Source: Armatimonadota bacterium
GTDB lineage: Bacteria; Armatimonadota; Zipacnadia; Zipacnadales; UBA5352
Assembly: GCA_034722055.1 (NCBI GenBank)
Contig: JAYENL010000088.1
Coordinates: 1 to 42,109, forward strand
DNA length: 42,109 nt
Direction of reading: 5' to 3'
Positions 34,103 to 42,109 of the stretch are shown here, piece after piece. Under the pieces are notes generated by a model. The model saw nothing but the letters and a program-made list of their open reading frames with translations. It searched no databases and had not been told where the DNA came from. Both the position numbers and the translations under genes were made by a program. How positions within the stretch are numbered: position 1 is the stretch's first letter; each line of letters begins with the position of its first letter.

Positions 34103-35304
34103 AGCGGGCACTGGCCGTGGCGCTCGCGGTGGGCCTGGCGGCGGCCGGGGCGGCTGAGCCTGTGCCCTTGACTGAGATACGCGCGGCCCGCCGGGCCGAG
34201 GGGCAGCGGTGGTACCTGGCGCTGGGCGCGCCCGCGGATGCCGGCGTCGTGACCAGGGAGTGCGATCTCGGCCTGCAGCCGGGCCGGCCGGTGGAGCTGA
34301 TGAGCGTCCCCGCGTTTCTGCAGCGCAGGGAGTTCACCGTCCTGTTGAGGCTCACGGAGGTGAGCGGCGGCGTGTTGCGGCTGGGATCGCCGCAGGCTCC
34401 CGGCGACGTGCGCGCTGCCGTGGTCTCCCGCGATGGCTGGGCGGCCATCTGCTTCGGGCCCGTCGAGGGCGAGGGCGAGCTGCTGCTGCAGGCGCGCGCG
34501 ACCTGCTCGCTGCGGATCACGCAGGTGACGGCCTACCGAAGCCTGGAGCAGCTCTTCGGGTCTGGTGGGAGGATCGATCTGGTGGGCGCCGCGTTCCGGA
34601 GGCTGGGTGAGGGCGAGATCCTGGGCTACCCGCTGCTGCCCGGCGCCTACAGGCACCATCGCACCGGGCAGTGGAACGGCCCGCCGCTGGCGGTGGAGGA
34701 CGGCATCCCGGGCGGGCGGCTGGCCGAGAGCTATCGGGCGTTCTTCAACGGGCCGCTGGAGGCCAACCAGGGGCTGGAGGTGCCCGTGAGAGCCCCCGGC
34801 GGGGTTATCCTCTGCGCGCGCCTGAAGGGGCGCTTCGCCTTCATCGTCTACCCCGAGATCGCGAAGTACATCCTCTTCAGGACCGGAGAGCAGGACACAT
34901 GGAGTGTGGCGCAGCGATCGCTTGATGGAGCGGAGCTTGACGGTGACGGGAACGGGGTCTTCACGGGGAGGCATAAGCAGGACTGGAACCACGCAAAGAC
35001 CTGGGTGGACAACTATGGCACCGGGTTCCTGAACTTCGTGGTCATGCTGCCTCAGAACGAGATGGCGGTGCCTGCGACAGGAGCCCGGCGGCTGCTCATG
35101 CGATATCATTCGACGGCTGGCCTCAAGCCGCTCGATGTGACCCTGCCGGAGGGCACGGACGCGGTTGCGCTGCTGCACGCTGGCCCGCGCACAACCGCGG
35201 TACTGGCGCGGTCAGAGGGCGAGTACAGCGAGGTGACCAGGATCGAGGACTCGGCATATCGCGACTGCCTGGCGGTGCAGGCAGGCTCGGTGTGCTTCGA
35301 GTAG
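34099..35304 (+). CDS. Secreted hypothetical protein
   Basis: GGAGG upstream and a coupled GTG start. Signal peptide MKRALAVALAVGLAAAGA-AEP. No family recognised. Confidence 0.75.
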   Translation: MKRALAVALAVGLAAAGAAEPVPLTEIRAARRAEGQRWYLALGAPADAGVVTRECDLGLQPGRPVELMSVPAFLQRREFTVLLRLTEVSGGVLRLGSPQAPGDVRAAVVSRDGWAAICFGPVEGEGELLLQARATCSLRITQVTAYRSLEQLFGSGGRIDLVGAAFRRLGEGEILGYPLLPGAYRHHRTGQWNGPPLAVEDGIPGGRLAESYRAFFNGPLEANQGLEVPVRAPGGVILCARLKGRFAFIVYPEIAKYILFRTGEQDTWSVAQRSLDGAELDGDGNGVFTGRHKQDWNHAKTWVDNYGTGFLNFVVMLPQNEMAVPATGARRLLMRYHSTAGLKPLDVTLPEGTDAVALLHAGPRTTAVLARSEGEYSEVTRIEDSAYRDCLAVQAGSVCFE

Positions 35305-35326
35305 CAGGCCACTCGTGCGGGCGACC

Positions 35327-35347
35327 GTAGGGGCGCGGCACGCCCCT
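35327..35347 (+). repeat. GTAG-type REP-like palindrome
   Basis: GTAGGGGCG-CGGCA-CGCCCCT: a GTAG tetramer leading into a 7-bp GC stem, intergenic. Single copy in this window. Confidence 0.45.
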
Positions 35348-35369
35348 GAAGGTCAGAGAGGTGATGGCG

Positions 35370-36773
35370 ATGATGAACGTGGCGCATGATGCCTGGCGCG
35401 GGTCGGGGGGCTGGCTGAACGGCGGCGGGTCCGGCCGGGTCCTCCGTGTACCTCCGGTATTCGCGATGTGCACGCTGCTGGCCGCCGCGGCGCAGGCTGA
35501 CGACGTCGGATCGTGGCGCTTCCAGCTCCGCCAGCCCGTCCCCGCCGACTCGGGTGGCCTGTTCGCCCACGACGTTGACCGTGACGGCAGGATGGAGCTG
35601 ATCGTCACCAGCGACGCCCACATCGGGGCCTACGAGACCAATGGCGCCAGGCTCTGGGTGCGGGAGGATGACATCACATTCCTCCCGTACTACCACCATC
35701 CCAGCGCCATCGCAGGAGACGTCGATGCGGACGGCGCCGAGGAGGTGGCCTACCTGACGGGTGGCAATCGCATCAGAATCCTCGACGCCGCGTCCGGGTC
35801 GGTGGAGAGGACACTCGAGGTGCCGGGTGAGCCCGTTGCGATCGCCATAGCGAACCTCAGAGGCACCGGCGACTGCGACGCTTTGCTGCAGTACAGCCAG
35901 ACGCAGATCAGGGCCGTGAGCCTCGCCGACGGCGCGACACTGTGGGAGACCGACCAGTACCGGGGCATCGAGCACAGCCCGCTGCGGCAGGCGGACCTGG
36001 ACGGGGACGGTCTGGATGAGGTCGCGGGGGCGAGCATCATCGACCATGACGGCGCCCGGATGAACGAGTGGGACCTGGGCGGGGCCTACCGGCACATGGA
36101 CAGCCTGGTCATCGCCGACATCCTGCCCGGCCTGCCGCTGGAGGTGGCACTGGCCGAGCAGCGGGGAGCGCAGTCGCACACCGACGTGGTGAATGCCGAT
36201 GCAATCGTGTTCCGCGCCCTCAATCCCTGGGACTGGGAGGACCCCGACAAGCTGGCCGTGGGCGACTTCGATCCGCGGCGCCCCGGGCTGGAGCTCTTCA
36301 ATCGCTCGTCCGGCGGTGACGGCACCGCGCGGAGAGGCGATGAGGAGCCCTACAGGTACGAGGAGGCGCCCTGGGTGCTTGACGCGGAGGGCAATGTGAT
36401 GGCCAGGTACTACGTCAACGACCACAAGCCGGACTGGTGGACGGGCCACGGGCTGGAGGAGATCTGCGCCATCGACTGGGACGGTGACGCCAAGCAGGAG
36501 ATCGTGGGCAAGGAGAGGCACGCGAATGGGGCCGCGGCCATCGTTGACCCCCTCACCGGCCACTTCCGGCAGGTCTTCCGGGCGAAGGCAGTGCTCGTCT
36601 ACGCTGCGGACGTCCGCGGTGACTACCGGGAGGAGGTCCTGATCGCTGACGAGCGGGGGTACATCGAGATTCTCTGGGACGCCGAGCCCAACCCGGACCC
36701 GGACAGGCCCAGCTACTGGACGCGCCAGCACTACCGGCGGCAGAAGCAGAACTGGAACTACTACTCACCGTGA
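35370..36773 (+). CDS. FG-GAP/VCBS-repeat beta-propeller protein (rhamnogalacturonan lyase PL11-like)
   Basis: Repeated D-x-D-x-DG-x-x-E Ca-binding loops (DVDRDGRME, DVDADGAEE, DLDGDGLDE, DWDGDAKQE), PGLE and ADVRGDYREEV. The start is uncertain (35361-35373). Confidence 0.75.
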   Translation: MMNVAHDAWRGSGGWLNGGGSGRVLRVPPVFAMCTLLAAAAQADDVGSWRFQLRQPVPADSGGLFAHDVDRDGRMELIVTSDAHIGAYETNGARLWVREDDITFLPYYHHPSAIAGDVDADGAEEVAYLTGGNRIRILDAASGSVERTLEVPGEPVAIAIANLRGTGDCDALLQYSQTQIRAVSLADGATLWETDQYRGIEHSPLRQADLDGDGLDEVAGASIIDHDGARMNEWDLGGAYRHMDSLVIADILPGLPLEVALAEQRGAQSHTDVVNADAIVFRALNPWDWEDPDKLAVGDFDPRRPGLELFNRSSGGDGTARRGDEEPYRYEEAPWVLDAEGNVMARYYVNDHKPDWWTGHGLEEICAIDWDGDAKQEIVGKERHANGAAAIVDPLTGHFRQVFRAKAVLVYAADVRGDYREEVLIADERGYIEILWDAEPNPDPDRPSYWTRQHYRRQKQNWNYYSP

Positions 36774-36837
36774 AGGGCGCCACTTCATCTTTGAGCGCAC
36801 CCTTGCATCGACGATGCCGTGAGGAGGATACAGAGCA

Positions 36838-37902
36838 ATGAGTTCCGTGGACTGCCACCCTCTGCGCGTCGTCGCATCCGTCCTGGCTCTGGGGCTGACG
36901 GCCGCCGGAGGCGCGGATCCGCAGCCTGAAGCAAGGCAGGGAGCCATCGCTGACCTGCTGGCGGGCCGCTTCCAGTGGACGATCAGCGAGCCGCTGCTCG
37001 CCCCCGTCGAGTCTCCGGATGATACCTACTACTCGGTGAAGGACCCGTCGGTGGTCTTCCACGAGGGGCGGTGGCACCTGTTCTGCTCGGTGCGCGGCCG
37101 GGAGCGCTCGCATCAGATCGAGTACATCTCTTTCACCGACTGGGCGCAGGCCGACGCCGGTCGGCGCCAGATGCTCACCATCAGCGACGGCTACTTCTGC
37201 GCGCCGCAGGTCTTCTACTTCGCCCCGCAGCGGAGATGGTACCTGATCTGCCAGGCCAGCGACGAGGCCTGGGAGCCGGAGTACGGCGCGGCGTATGCGA
37301 CCACGACCGATATCGGCGATCCCTCCTCGTGGAGCGGGCTGCAGCCGCTGGGCGCCAGGCAGGCGGATGGCAAGAGCGGGCTGGACTTCTGGGTCATCTG
37401 CGATGACGAGAAAGCGCATCTGTTCTTCACCACCCTCGACGGGCGCATGTGGCGGGAGGAGACGCCCCTGTCGGAGTTCCCCGCCGGCTGGTCGGGGCCC
37501 GTGCTGGCGATACGCGGGGACATCTTCGAGGCGGCTCATATCTACCGGCTCAAGGGCCTGGGGAAGTACCTGACGCTGGTGGAGGCCCAGCGCGGTCACG
37601 GGTGGCGGTACTACAAGGCCTACCTGGCTGACCGCCTCGACGGCGAGTGGACGCCGGTGGCGGCCACGAAGGAGAAGGGCTTCGCGAGCATGGCGAACAC
37701 GCGCCCCACCGGGCTGCGATGGACGGACTGCATCAGCCACGGCGAGCTGCTGCGCGCGGGATACGACCAGCGGCTGGAGGTGGACCCGGTGAACCTCCGA
37801 TTCCTGTTCCAGGGCGTCAGCGATCAGGAGCGTGCCGGCAAGCCCTACGGGGAGATTCCGTGGCGCCTGGGGCTGCTGGAGCCGGCGCAGTCGCGACCCT
37901 GA
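36838..37902 (+). CDS. Glycoside hydrolase family 62 alpha-L-arabinofuranosidase
   Basis: VKDPSVV, APQVFYFAPQ, LDFWVICDD, FEA, ISHGELLR-x-GYDQ and IPWRLGLL. The catalytic Asp/Asp/Glu are all present. GAGGAGG ribosome-binding site. Confidence 0.93.
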   Translation: MSSVDCHPLRVVASVLALGLTAAGGADPQPEARQGAIADLLAGRFQWTISEPLLAPVESPDDTYYSVKDPSVVFHEGRWHLFCSVRGRERSHQIEYISFTDWAQADAGRRQMLTISDGYFCAPQVFYFAPQRRWYLICQASDEAWEPEYGAAYATTTDIGDPSSWSGLQPLGARQADGKSGLDFWVICDDEKAHLFFTTLDGRMWREETPLSEFPAGWSGPVLAIRGDIFEAAHIYRLKGLGKYLTLVEAQRGHGWRYYKAYLADRLDGEWTPVAATKEKGFASMANTRPTGLRWTDCISHGELLRAGYDQRLEVDPVNLRFLFQGVSDQERAGKPYGEIPWRLGLLEPAQSRP

Positions 37903-37939
37903 GCAGCACACCTGCGCAGATGAGCAGACGGTTCCTCAT
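37817..37939 (-). pseudogene. 5' stump of a secreted-protein gene (signal-peptide start only)
   Basis: GAGGAGGAGG (37954-37945) lies 5 nt before ATG 37939. MRNRLLICAGVLL then runs antisense into the GH62 stop codon and ends after 40 aa. Confidence 0.55.
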
Positions 37940-37975
37940 AGTCGCCTCCTCCTCAGCGTGCTCGCACAGGACTGG

Positions 37976-39988
37976 TCAGAAGCGGTAGACGTGGTGCTGG
38001 AATGCGTCGAACTGATCGGTGAACCCGGCATCGTCTGCCACGACGGTGCGACCCTCGAAAAGCACCTCGACCTCGGCGCCGGCCTCCAGGCCATCGACGG
38101 CGAAGGTCGCCTGCGTTGCCTCGGGGTAGGTGTTGATGGCCACGAGGTAGCGCCGGCCGGTGGCCGTGTGGCGGCGCAGCAGCCCATCCACCTGGGTATT
38201 GTCGGTGGCGAGCGCGCCGGAGGTGGCGTGCTCGATGTGGTAGTAGTCGCGAGTGCCGCGGGTGGTCGCCCAGGTGTGCCCCAGCGGCTCGCTGGTGGCC
38301 GGGTGCAGTGCGGGGATGACCGCGTGCACCTGCGCCAGCATGGCCTTCATGTCCGCCCACCACCCCGGCGCCTCGACGCTGTCCTTCTGGTACACGAAGT
38401 AGTTCAGCCCCGCGGCGCCGTGGATGAGGCTGATCCAGGTGGCGATGCGGACGGAGTGAGCGACGTCGGGCAGGTCCATGATGCTGTGGATGGGGATGAT
38501 GAGCAGGTCGCCCTTCTGACGCTTGATCTCCTCCATCCACTCCGCCACCTGGCCGAAGGGCGTCCGCTCGCCGTCGGGATAGCGGTCGAAGCTCTCGATA
38601 CCGTCCTCGCAGACGTGGCAGTGCAGCCACATCAGCCTGCGGTAGCCCATGAGATTGACCCACTGGGGATGGTCGGCATCGATCTCCTGGATTCCGGCGT
38701 AGAGGTAGCGCACGCCCTCGATGGGCAATCCCCAGGCGGGAGAGCTGTGATCGATCTCGTCCTTGACGTTGATGCCGAAGTAGGCCGGGTGATCGCGGTA
38801 GGCGGCGACGACCTTGAAGATCTGGTCGGCCATGGCCGGGAAGGTGCCGTCGGGCGCCCGCCAGCCGTCGCCCCCCAGAGGGTCCTGTGCCCACTGGTCG
38901 TGCGGCTCCCCCTTGATGTTGAGGATCCAGTAGCGGCGCATGGAGTTCCACAGGAAGATGGCGGCCTTGAGGCCGTGGCTGTGGCACTCGTCGAGGAAGT
39001 TGCCGAAGCCCCGGTAGCGGCGCTGTCCCTCCACGAATGGCTCCTTGTAGCCCCAGTAGGTGCGACCGCCACCGCCGTAGGCGCCGTGCGCGTTCTCGTA
39101 GTAGCCGATAACGTTGAAGCCGGTCTCCCGCCACAGCGCGAAGGAGTCCTCGCGGGCGCTGCTGGCGCCGTCGTTGACGTCCAGGATGATGGGGAAGAAG
39201 GGCTCGCCATCGGCGGAAAAGCCCGTGGCCGGCAGGTCCTCGAACTCGCTCCGCCCCGACGCGGGCCAGAAGCCCTGGCGCGGAGGGACCGGCTCGATCG
39301 GCGCATCGGAGAGCCTGATCCAGTCCACCCGCAGGTCGCCGTAGAGGCTGGACTTGCCCCAGGCCTCCGGGAAGCCCAGCGAGAGGCGAAAGAGTCCCTC
39401 ATCGGTCTGCTGCAGCGTCGCGGCGGGGATCTCGTAGACGCCGGTGCGCCAGACCTTGTCGTTTTCCCCGCCCAGCTCGCCCAGCCGCACGTAAGGGTAG
39501 CCCAGCAACTCGGGGTTGTTGCGCCCGGTGAAGGCGTAGACGCCTGCGGAGCTGCCCTCGTGCGGGAAGCGCTCCGCACCGTAGTAGGCGTCGAGCCGGG
39601 GCGAGAGCACCGTGTCCTTGTAGCGCACGCCCAGGTAGAGCGTCGCGGCATTGCGCCCGTCGTCGGTCAGCTCGAACTCGCCGGCGCGGGCGTAGAAGTC
39701 ACCGTAGAGGTCGCCCAGCACGATGCGGAACGAGATCCAGCCCGGCTGGCCGTGGTGCGTGTTGCCGAACAGCTCCAGGCCATCGGGCAGATCAGGGTTC
39801 TCGCAGCAGACGAAGGGCTGCCAGCGGCCGGACTCGGCGGGGATGAAGATACCCGACTGCGGGTCGGTATCATCATCGTCGCCGAGATCGTTGAGCAACG
39901 CGACCTCGGGATGCGCGTGCCCGGGTATGCAGAGCACCAGCATCGCGGCCGTCAGAGCCATGCAGCACATCGACAGGTGGCGTGACAT
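37976..39988 (-). CDS. Secreted protein with a putative GH-A-like TIM-barrel
   Basis: ATG 39988 begins a signal peptide ending GHA-HP. Motifs DGEPFFPI, GFNVI, DHPAYFGINVKDE and WISLIHGAAGLNYF, with a C-terminal beta-sandwich (YLVAIN...VEVLFEGR...HVYRF). Confidence 0.72.
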   Translation of the reverse strand: MSRHLSMCCMALTAAMLVLCIPGHAHPEVALLNDLGDDDDTDPQSGIFIPAESGRWQPFVCCENPDLPDGLELFGNTHHGQPGWISFRIVLGDLYGDFYARAGEFELTDDGRNAATLYLGVRYKDTVLSPRLDAYYGAERFPHEGSSAGVYAFTGRNNPELLGYPYVRLGELGGENDKVWRTGVYEIPAATLQQTDEGLFRLSLGFPEAWGKSSLYGDLRVDWIRLSDAPIEPVPPRQGFWPASGRSEFEDLPATGFSADGEPFFPIILDVNDGASSAREDSFALWRETGFNVIGYYENAHGAYGGGGRTYWGYKEPFVEGQRRYRGFGNFLDECHSHGLKAAIFLWNSMRRYWILNIKGEPHDQWAQDPLGGDGWRAPDGTFPAMADQIFKVVAAYRDHPAYFGINVKDEIDHSSPAWGLPIEGVRYLYAGIQEIDADHPQWVNLMGYRRLMWLHCHVCEDGIESFDRYPDGERTPFGQVAEWMEEIKRQKGDLLIIPIHSIMDLPDVAHSVRIATWISLIHGAAGLNYFVYQKDSVEAPGWWADMKAMLAQVHAVIPALHPATSEPLGHTWATTRGTRDYYHIEHATSGALATDNTQVDGLLRRHTATGRRYLVAINTYPEATQATFAVDGLEAGAEVEVLFEGRTVVADDAGFTDQFDAFQHHVYRF

Positions 39989-40053
39989 GCGCACCACATC
40001 ACCTTCGGGTGATATCCACGTGGTCCCGTTGCGCCGCCCCAACGTAGGCCCGG

Positions 40054-41772
40054 CTACTGGAGCGTGCGGCGGGTGGCGCCGGGGGGCAACTCGCTGGGAT
40101 AGACGCCGGCCAGGAAGGCGGGGTCGATGTAGTTCTCGGCCGTGCCGCTCCACATCATCTGCGACTTGCGCGTCCCGCCATCGTCGGCGTCATTGATGCC
40201 GAGATCGAAGCCCAGGCCGTCCCAGCCCGCGCCGCGTCGCGCCTCGATCGCCCGCAGAGGCAGCTCCACACGCACGCGATAGCCGTCCTCGGATTGAGCC
40301 GCCAGCACTGAGATGCCCCGCAGGTCGCGCGGCAGCTCGTGCATGCTCCGCCAGCGGGCCCGGCCGCCGTGAGCGGCGGGCGGAATGACCTGCAGCGCCA
40401 GCACATCGGGGCTGTAGACCGGCTGGCCCTGATGTCGGCGGTCGCGCAGGTCGAGATAGAGCTCCACGGAGTCCCCCCGCGAGGGATCCATGAGATCAGC
40501 GACCGTCACGTCATCGTCGGTGACGTGGATCTCGAAGCGCAGCCGCTCAGGCTGCCTGGTCACACGGAAGCGGGCGGACAGATCGGCCTCCCCGCGCCAG
40601 AGGTGCCGGCCCAGGACCAGGGCGTTGGCGCCTACGTGGCGCCACTGAGGTCGCGTAGTGGTCTCAGGGACTGGAGGGTCGCCTTCCGGAGCCCGCTCCG
40701 CCGCCTCAGTGACCTCGGCCGTGCCCATCCGGGGAAGGAGGGCACTGACGGCCGGGGCCATCACCAGCCAGGCGGTGTCGAAGCTGCCGTAGCCGTCGCC
40801 GCGCACCAGCAGGTGCACGGGAGTGGAGAAGGCGTGGCCCGCAGGCAGGTCCCCCGGCACCTGAAATCGACCCTCGATTATCGTCCTGCCCCCCTGCGGG
40901 AGGCTCCCCGTGAAGACCGTGCGCTGGCGCCCGAACTCGATGCGGGCCTCCCACGTGGTGGTCTGGTCCGCCGTGCTGACGATCTCGGCGCGGATCCCGC
41001 ACGTGTCCTCTGCGGAGACGGTCGAGCCTCGGGAGAGCGTGCAGGTGAAGGGCGGCTCGGCCCCGGTGGCATGATCGAAGGCTCCCAGCAGGGCCTTGGC
41101 CATGATGACGTGCGTGAAGCTGCCGGGGTGGCTCTCATAGGGGAAGGAGCTGCGGAAGTCGTGGGGACCCGCGCCGATAGCCCGGTGGAAGTCCGCCCAT
41201 GGCACGCCCTGGCGGGTCGCCACATCGCGGGCGGTGCTCGACCACGTGTTCTCGCCCATGACCTCGGCGATGGGCGGCAGGCACGCGATCACCAGCGCGT
41301 GGGTGACCTCGCTCAGCCAGGCAAGCAGCTCGTCGAAGTCGCGCCGGAAGTCGGCCAGCGACCTCCCGAAGCCCTTGTCATTGCCGCCGAACTGGACCAC
41401 GATCAGGTGCGGGTCGCGGTCGATGACCCGGCTCCGAGCGATGCCCAGCGCCTCCCCGGTGGTCTGGCCGGGGGTGGCGACGACGATGTGCTCGAGGTCG
41501 CAGCCGGGGAACCGATACCTGAGGCAATCCACGAACATGCGGTGGAAGACGTGGGTGCCATCGGTCCCCCAGCCGTCGCTGATGGAGTCCCCGAAGATCA
41601 CCACACGGGTGGGCTGCCCCTCGCGAAGACGCTCCACGAGCGCCTCGCCGCGACGCTGCATCTCCAGGTTGATCTGCTCCGGAACCGCCACGACCTGGCA
41701 GTGCGCCGCCAGTGGCGCCAGGATCAGGTGCACGCACACGGCCAGCCGACATGCGGGGCCCATCTTCATCAC
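40054..41772 (-). CDS. SGNH/GDSL hydrolase fused to a C-terminal CBM9-like sugar-binding domain
   Basis: FGDSIS (block I), G-x-TT (II), QFGGND (III) and HP (V). VTDD, GDSVELYLD and LGFDLGINDADD are CBM9-like motifs. GAGGAG ribosome-binding site; start 41772 or 41769. Confidence 0.85.
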   Translation of the reverse strand: MMKMGPACRLAVCVHLILAPLAAHCQVVAVPEQINLEMQRRGEALVERLREGQPTRVVIFGDSISDGWGTDGTHVFHRMFVDCLRYRFPGCDLEHIVVATPGQTTGEALGIARSRVIDRDPHLIVVQFGGNDKGFGRSLADFRRDFDELLAWLSEVTHALVIACLPPIAEVMGENTWSSTARDVATRQGVPWADFHRAIGAGPHDFRSSFPYESHPGSFTHVIMAKALLGAFDHATGAEPPFTCTLSRGSTVSAEDTCGIRAEIVSTADQTTTWEARIEFGRQRTVFTGSLPQGGRTIIEGRFQVPGDLPAGHAFSTPVHLLVRGDGYGSFDTAWLVMAPAVSALLPRMGTAEVTEAAERAPEGDPPVPETTTRPQWRHVGANALVLGRHLWRGEADLSARFRVTRQPERLRFEIHVTDDDVTVADLMDPSRGDSVELYLDLRDRRHQGQPVYSPDVLALQVIPPAAHGGRARWRSMHELPRDLRGISVLAAQSEDGYRVRVELPLRAIEARRGAGWDGLGFDLGINDADDGGTRKSQMMWSGTAENYIDPAFLAGVYPSELPPGATRRTLQ

Positions 41773-41974
41773 ACGCGCTCCTCACAACTCGTATCATTAT
41801 CGCGATGGGACGGCCGGGCAGCCGCACGTTCGCCGATCCCCAGGCCCCGACCTTCACTGCTGCGGATGGCCGCGCGCTTGGGACAGCACGGAGGAATCGC
41901 CGCAGTTACGCTGAAGGCTGACGCTCCACGCGTGTGAGGCAGCGCAGCGGCCTGATGCTGAGAGGAGGGATCGT

Positions 41975-42109
41975 ATGGCACCACCGGCGGAGTTCGAGCC
42001 ACTAGGGGGCGAGACATACCCGGAGATGCTGGAGGAGCAGCTCCGGGCACTGGAGGCCGACGAGCAGATGCAGCGCTTCACGCAGTCGCGGCAGCGGTTG
42101 GCGTCCGAC
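41975..42109 (+). CDS. N-terminus of a probable glycoside hydrolase family 32 protein (3' truncated by window edge; absent from the ORF track)
   Basis: GAGGAGG before ATG 41975. Reads MAPPAEFEPLGGETYPEMLEEQLRALEADEQMQRFTQSRQRLASD, resembling the L-x-EQ...RF-x-x-SR-x-x-LA-x-DP leader that precedes RP-x-YH in some GH32 enzymes (recalled similarity). Confidence 0.55.
   Translation, partial: MAPPAEFEPLGGETYPEMLEEQLRALEADEQMQRFTQSRQRLASD

Noticed and set aside
37832..39985. 717-aa + strand ORF
   Set aside because: Antisense shadow of the 37976-39988 gene.
41796..41801. GATAAT as the -10 box of the SGNH gene
   Set aside because: Plausible position, but I found no supporting -35 or extended -10, so it is not listed as a feature.

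Overview
High-GC bacterial window dominated by secreted carbohydrate-active and hypothetical proteins. The gene repertoire (DUF6785-type membrane protein, CBM9-like multidomain proteins, DUF3160) suggests an Armatimonadota-like or Planctomycetota-like organism; this is inference only. From left to right it holds: a heparinase II/III-like tail, two proteins with duplicated DUF1080-like domains, an orphan polysaccharide export pair (SLBB/Wza-like plus kinase-less Wzc/GumC-like), an nfeD-stomatin pair split by a 10/30-bp tandem repeat, an ABC exporter trio, a large CBM9-like protein, a DUF3160-TPR fusion, and a PUL-like glycan block (DUF6785 membrane protein, GldA-like dehydrogenase, GH2, FG-GAP propeller, GH62, SGNH-CBM9, probable GH32). 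The best signal that the ORF track does not explain is a 422-bp non-autonomous element at 4028-4449. It has Tn5/IS50-like 21-bp terminal inverted repeats, a perfect 9-bp target-site duplication and a densely folded, strand-polarised interior, and it appears to sit in a phosphohydrolase gene remnant. Also notable are a GH2 with an inserted coiled coil that is translationally coupled to a small secreted acidic coiled-coil protein, and several gene stumps that mark rearrangement breakpoints. No rRNA, tRNA or CRISPR array was seen. All family calls come from motif recognition by eye; no searches were run.
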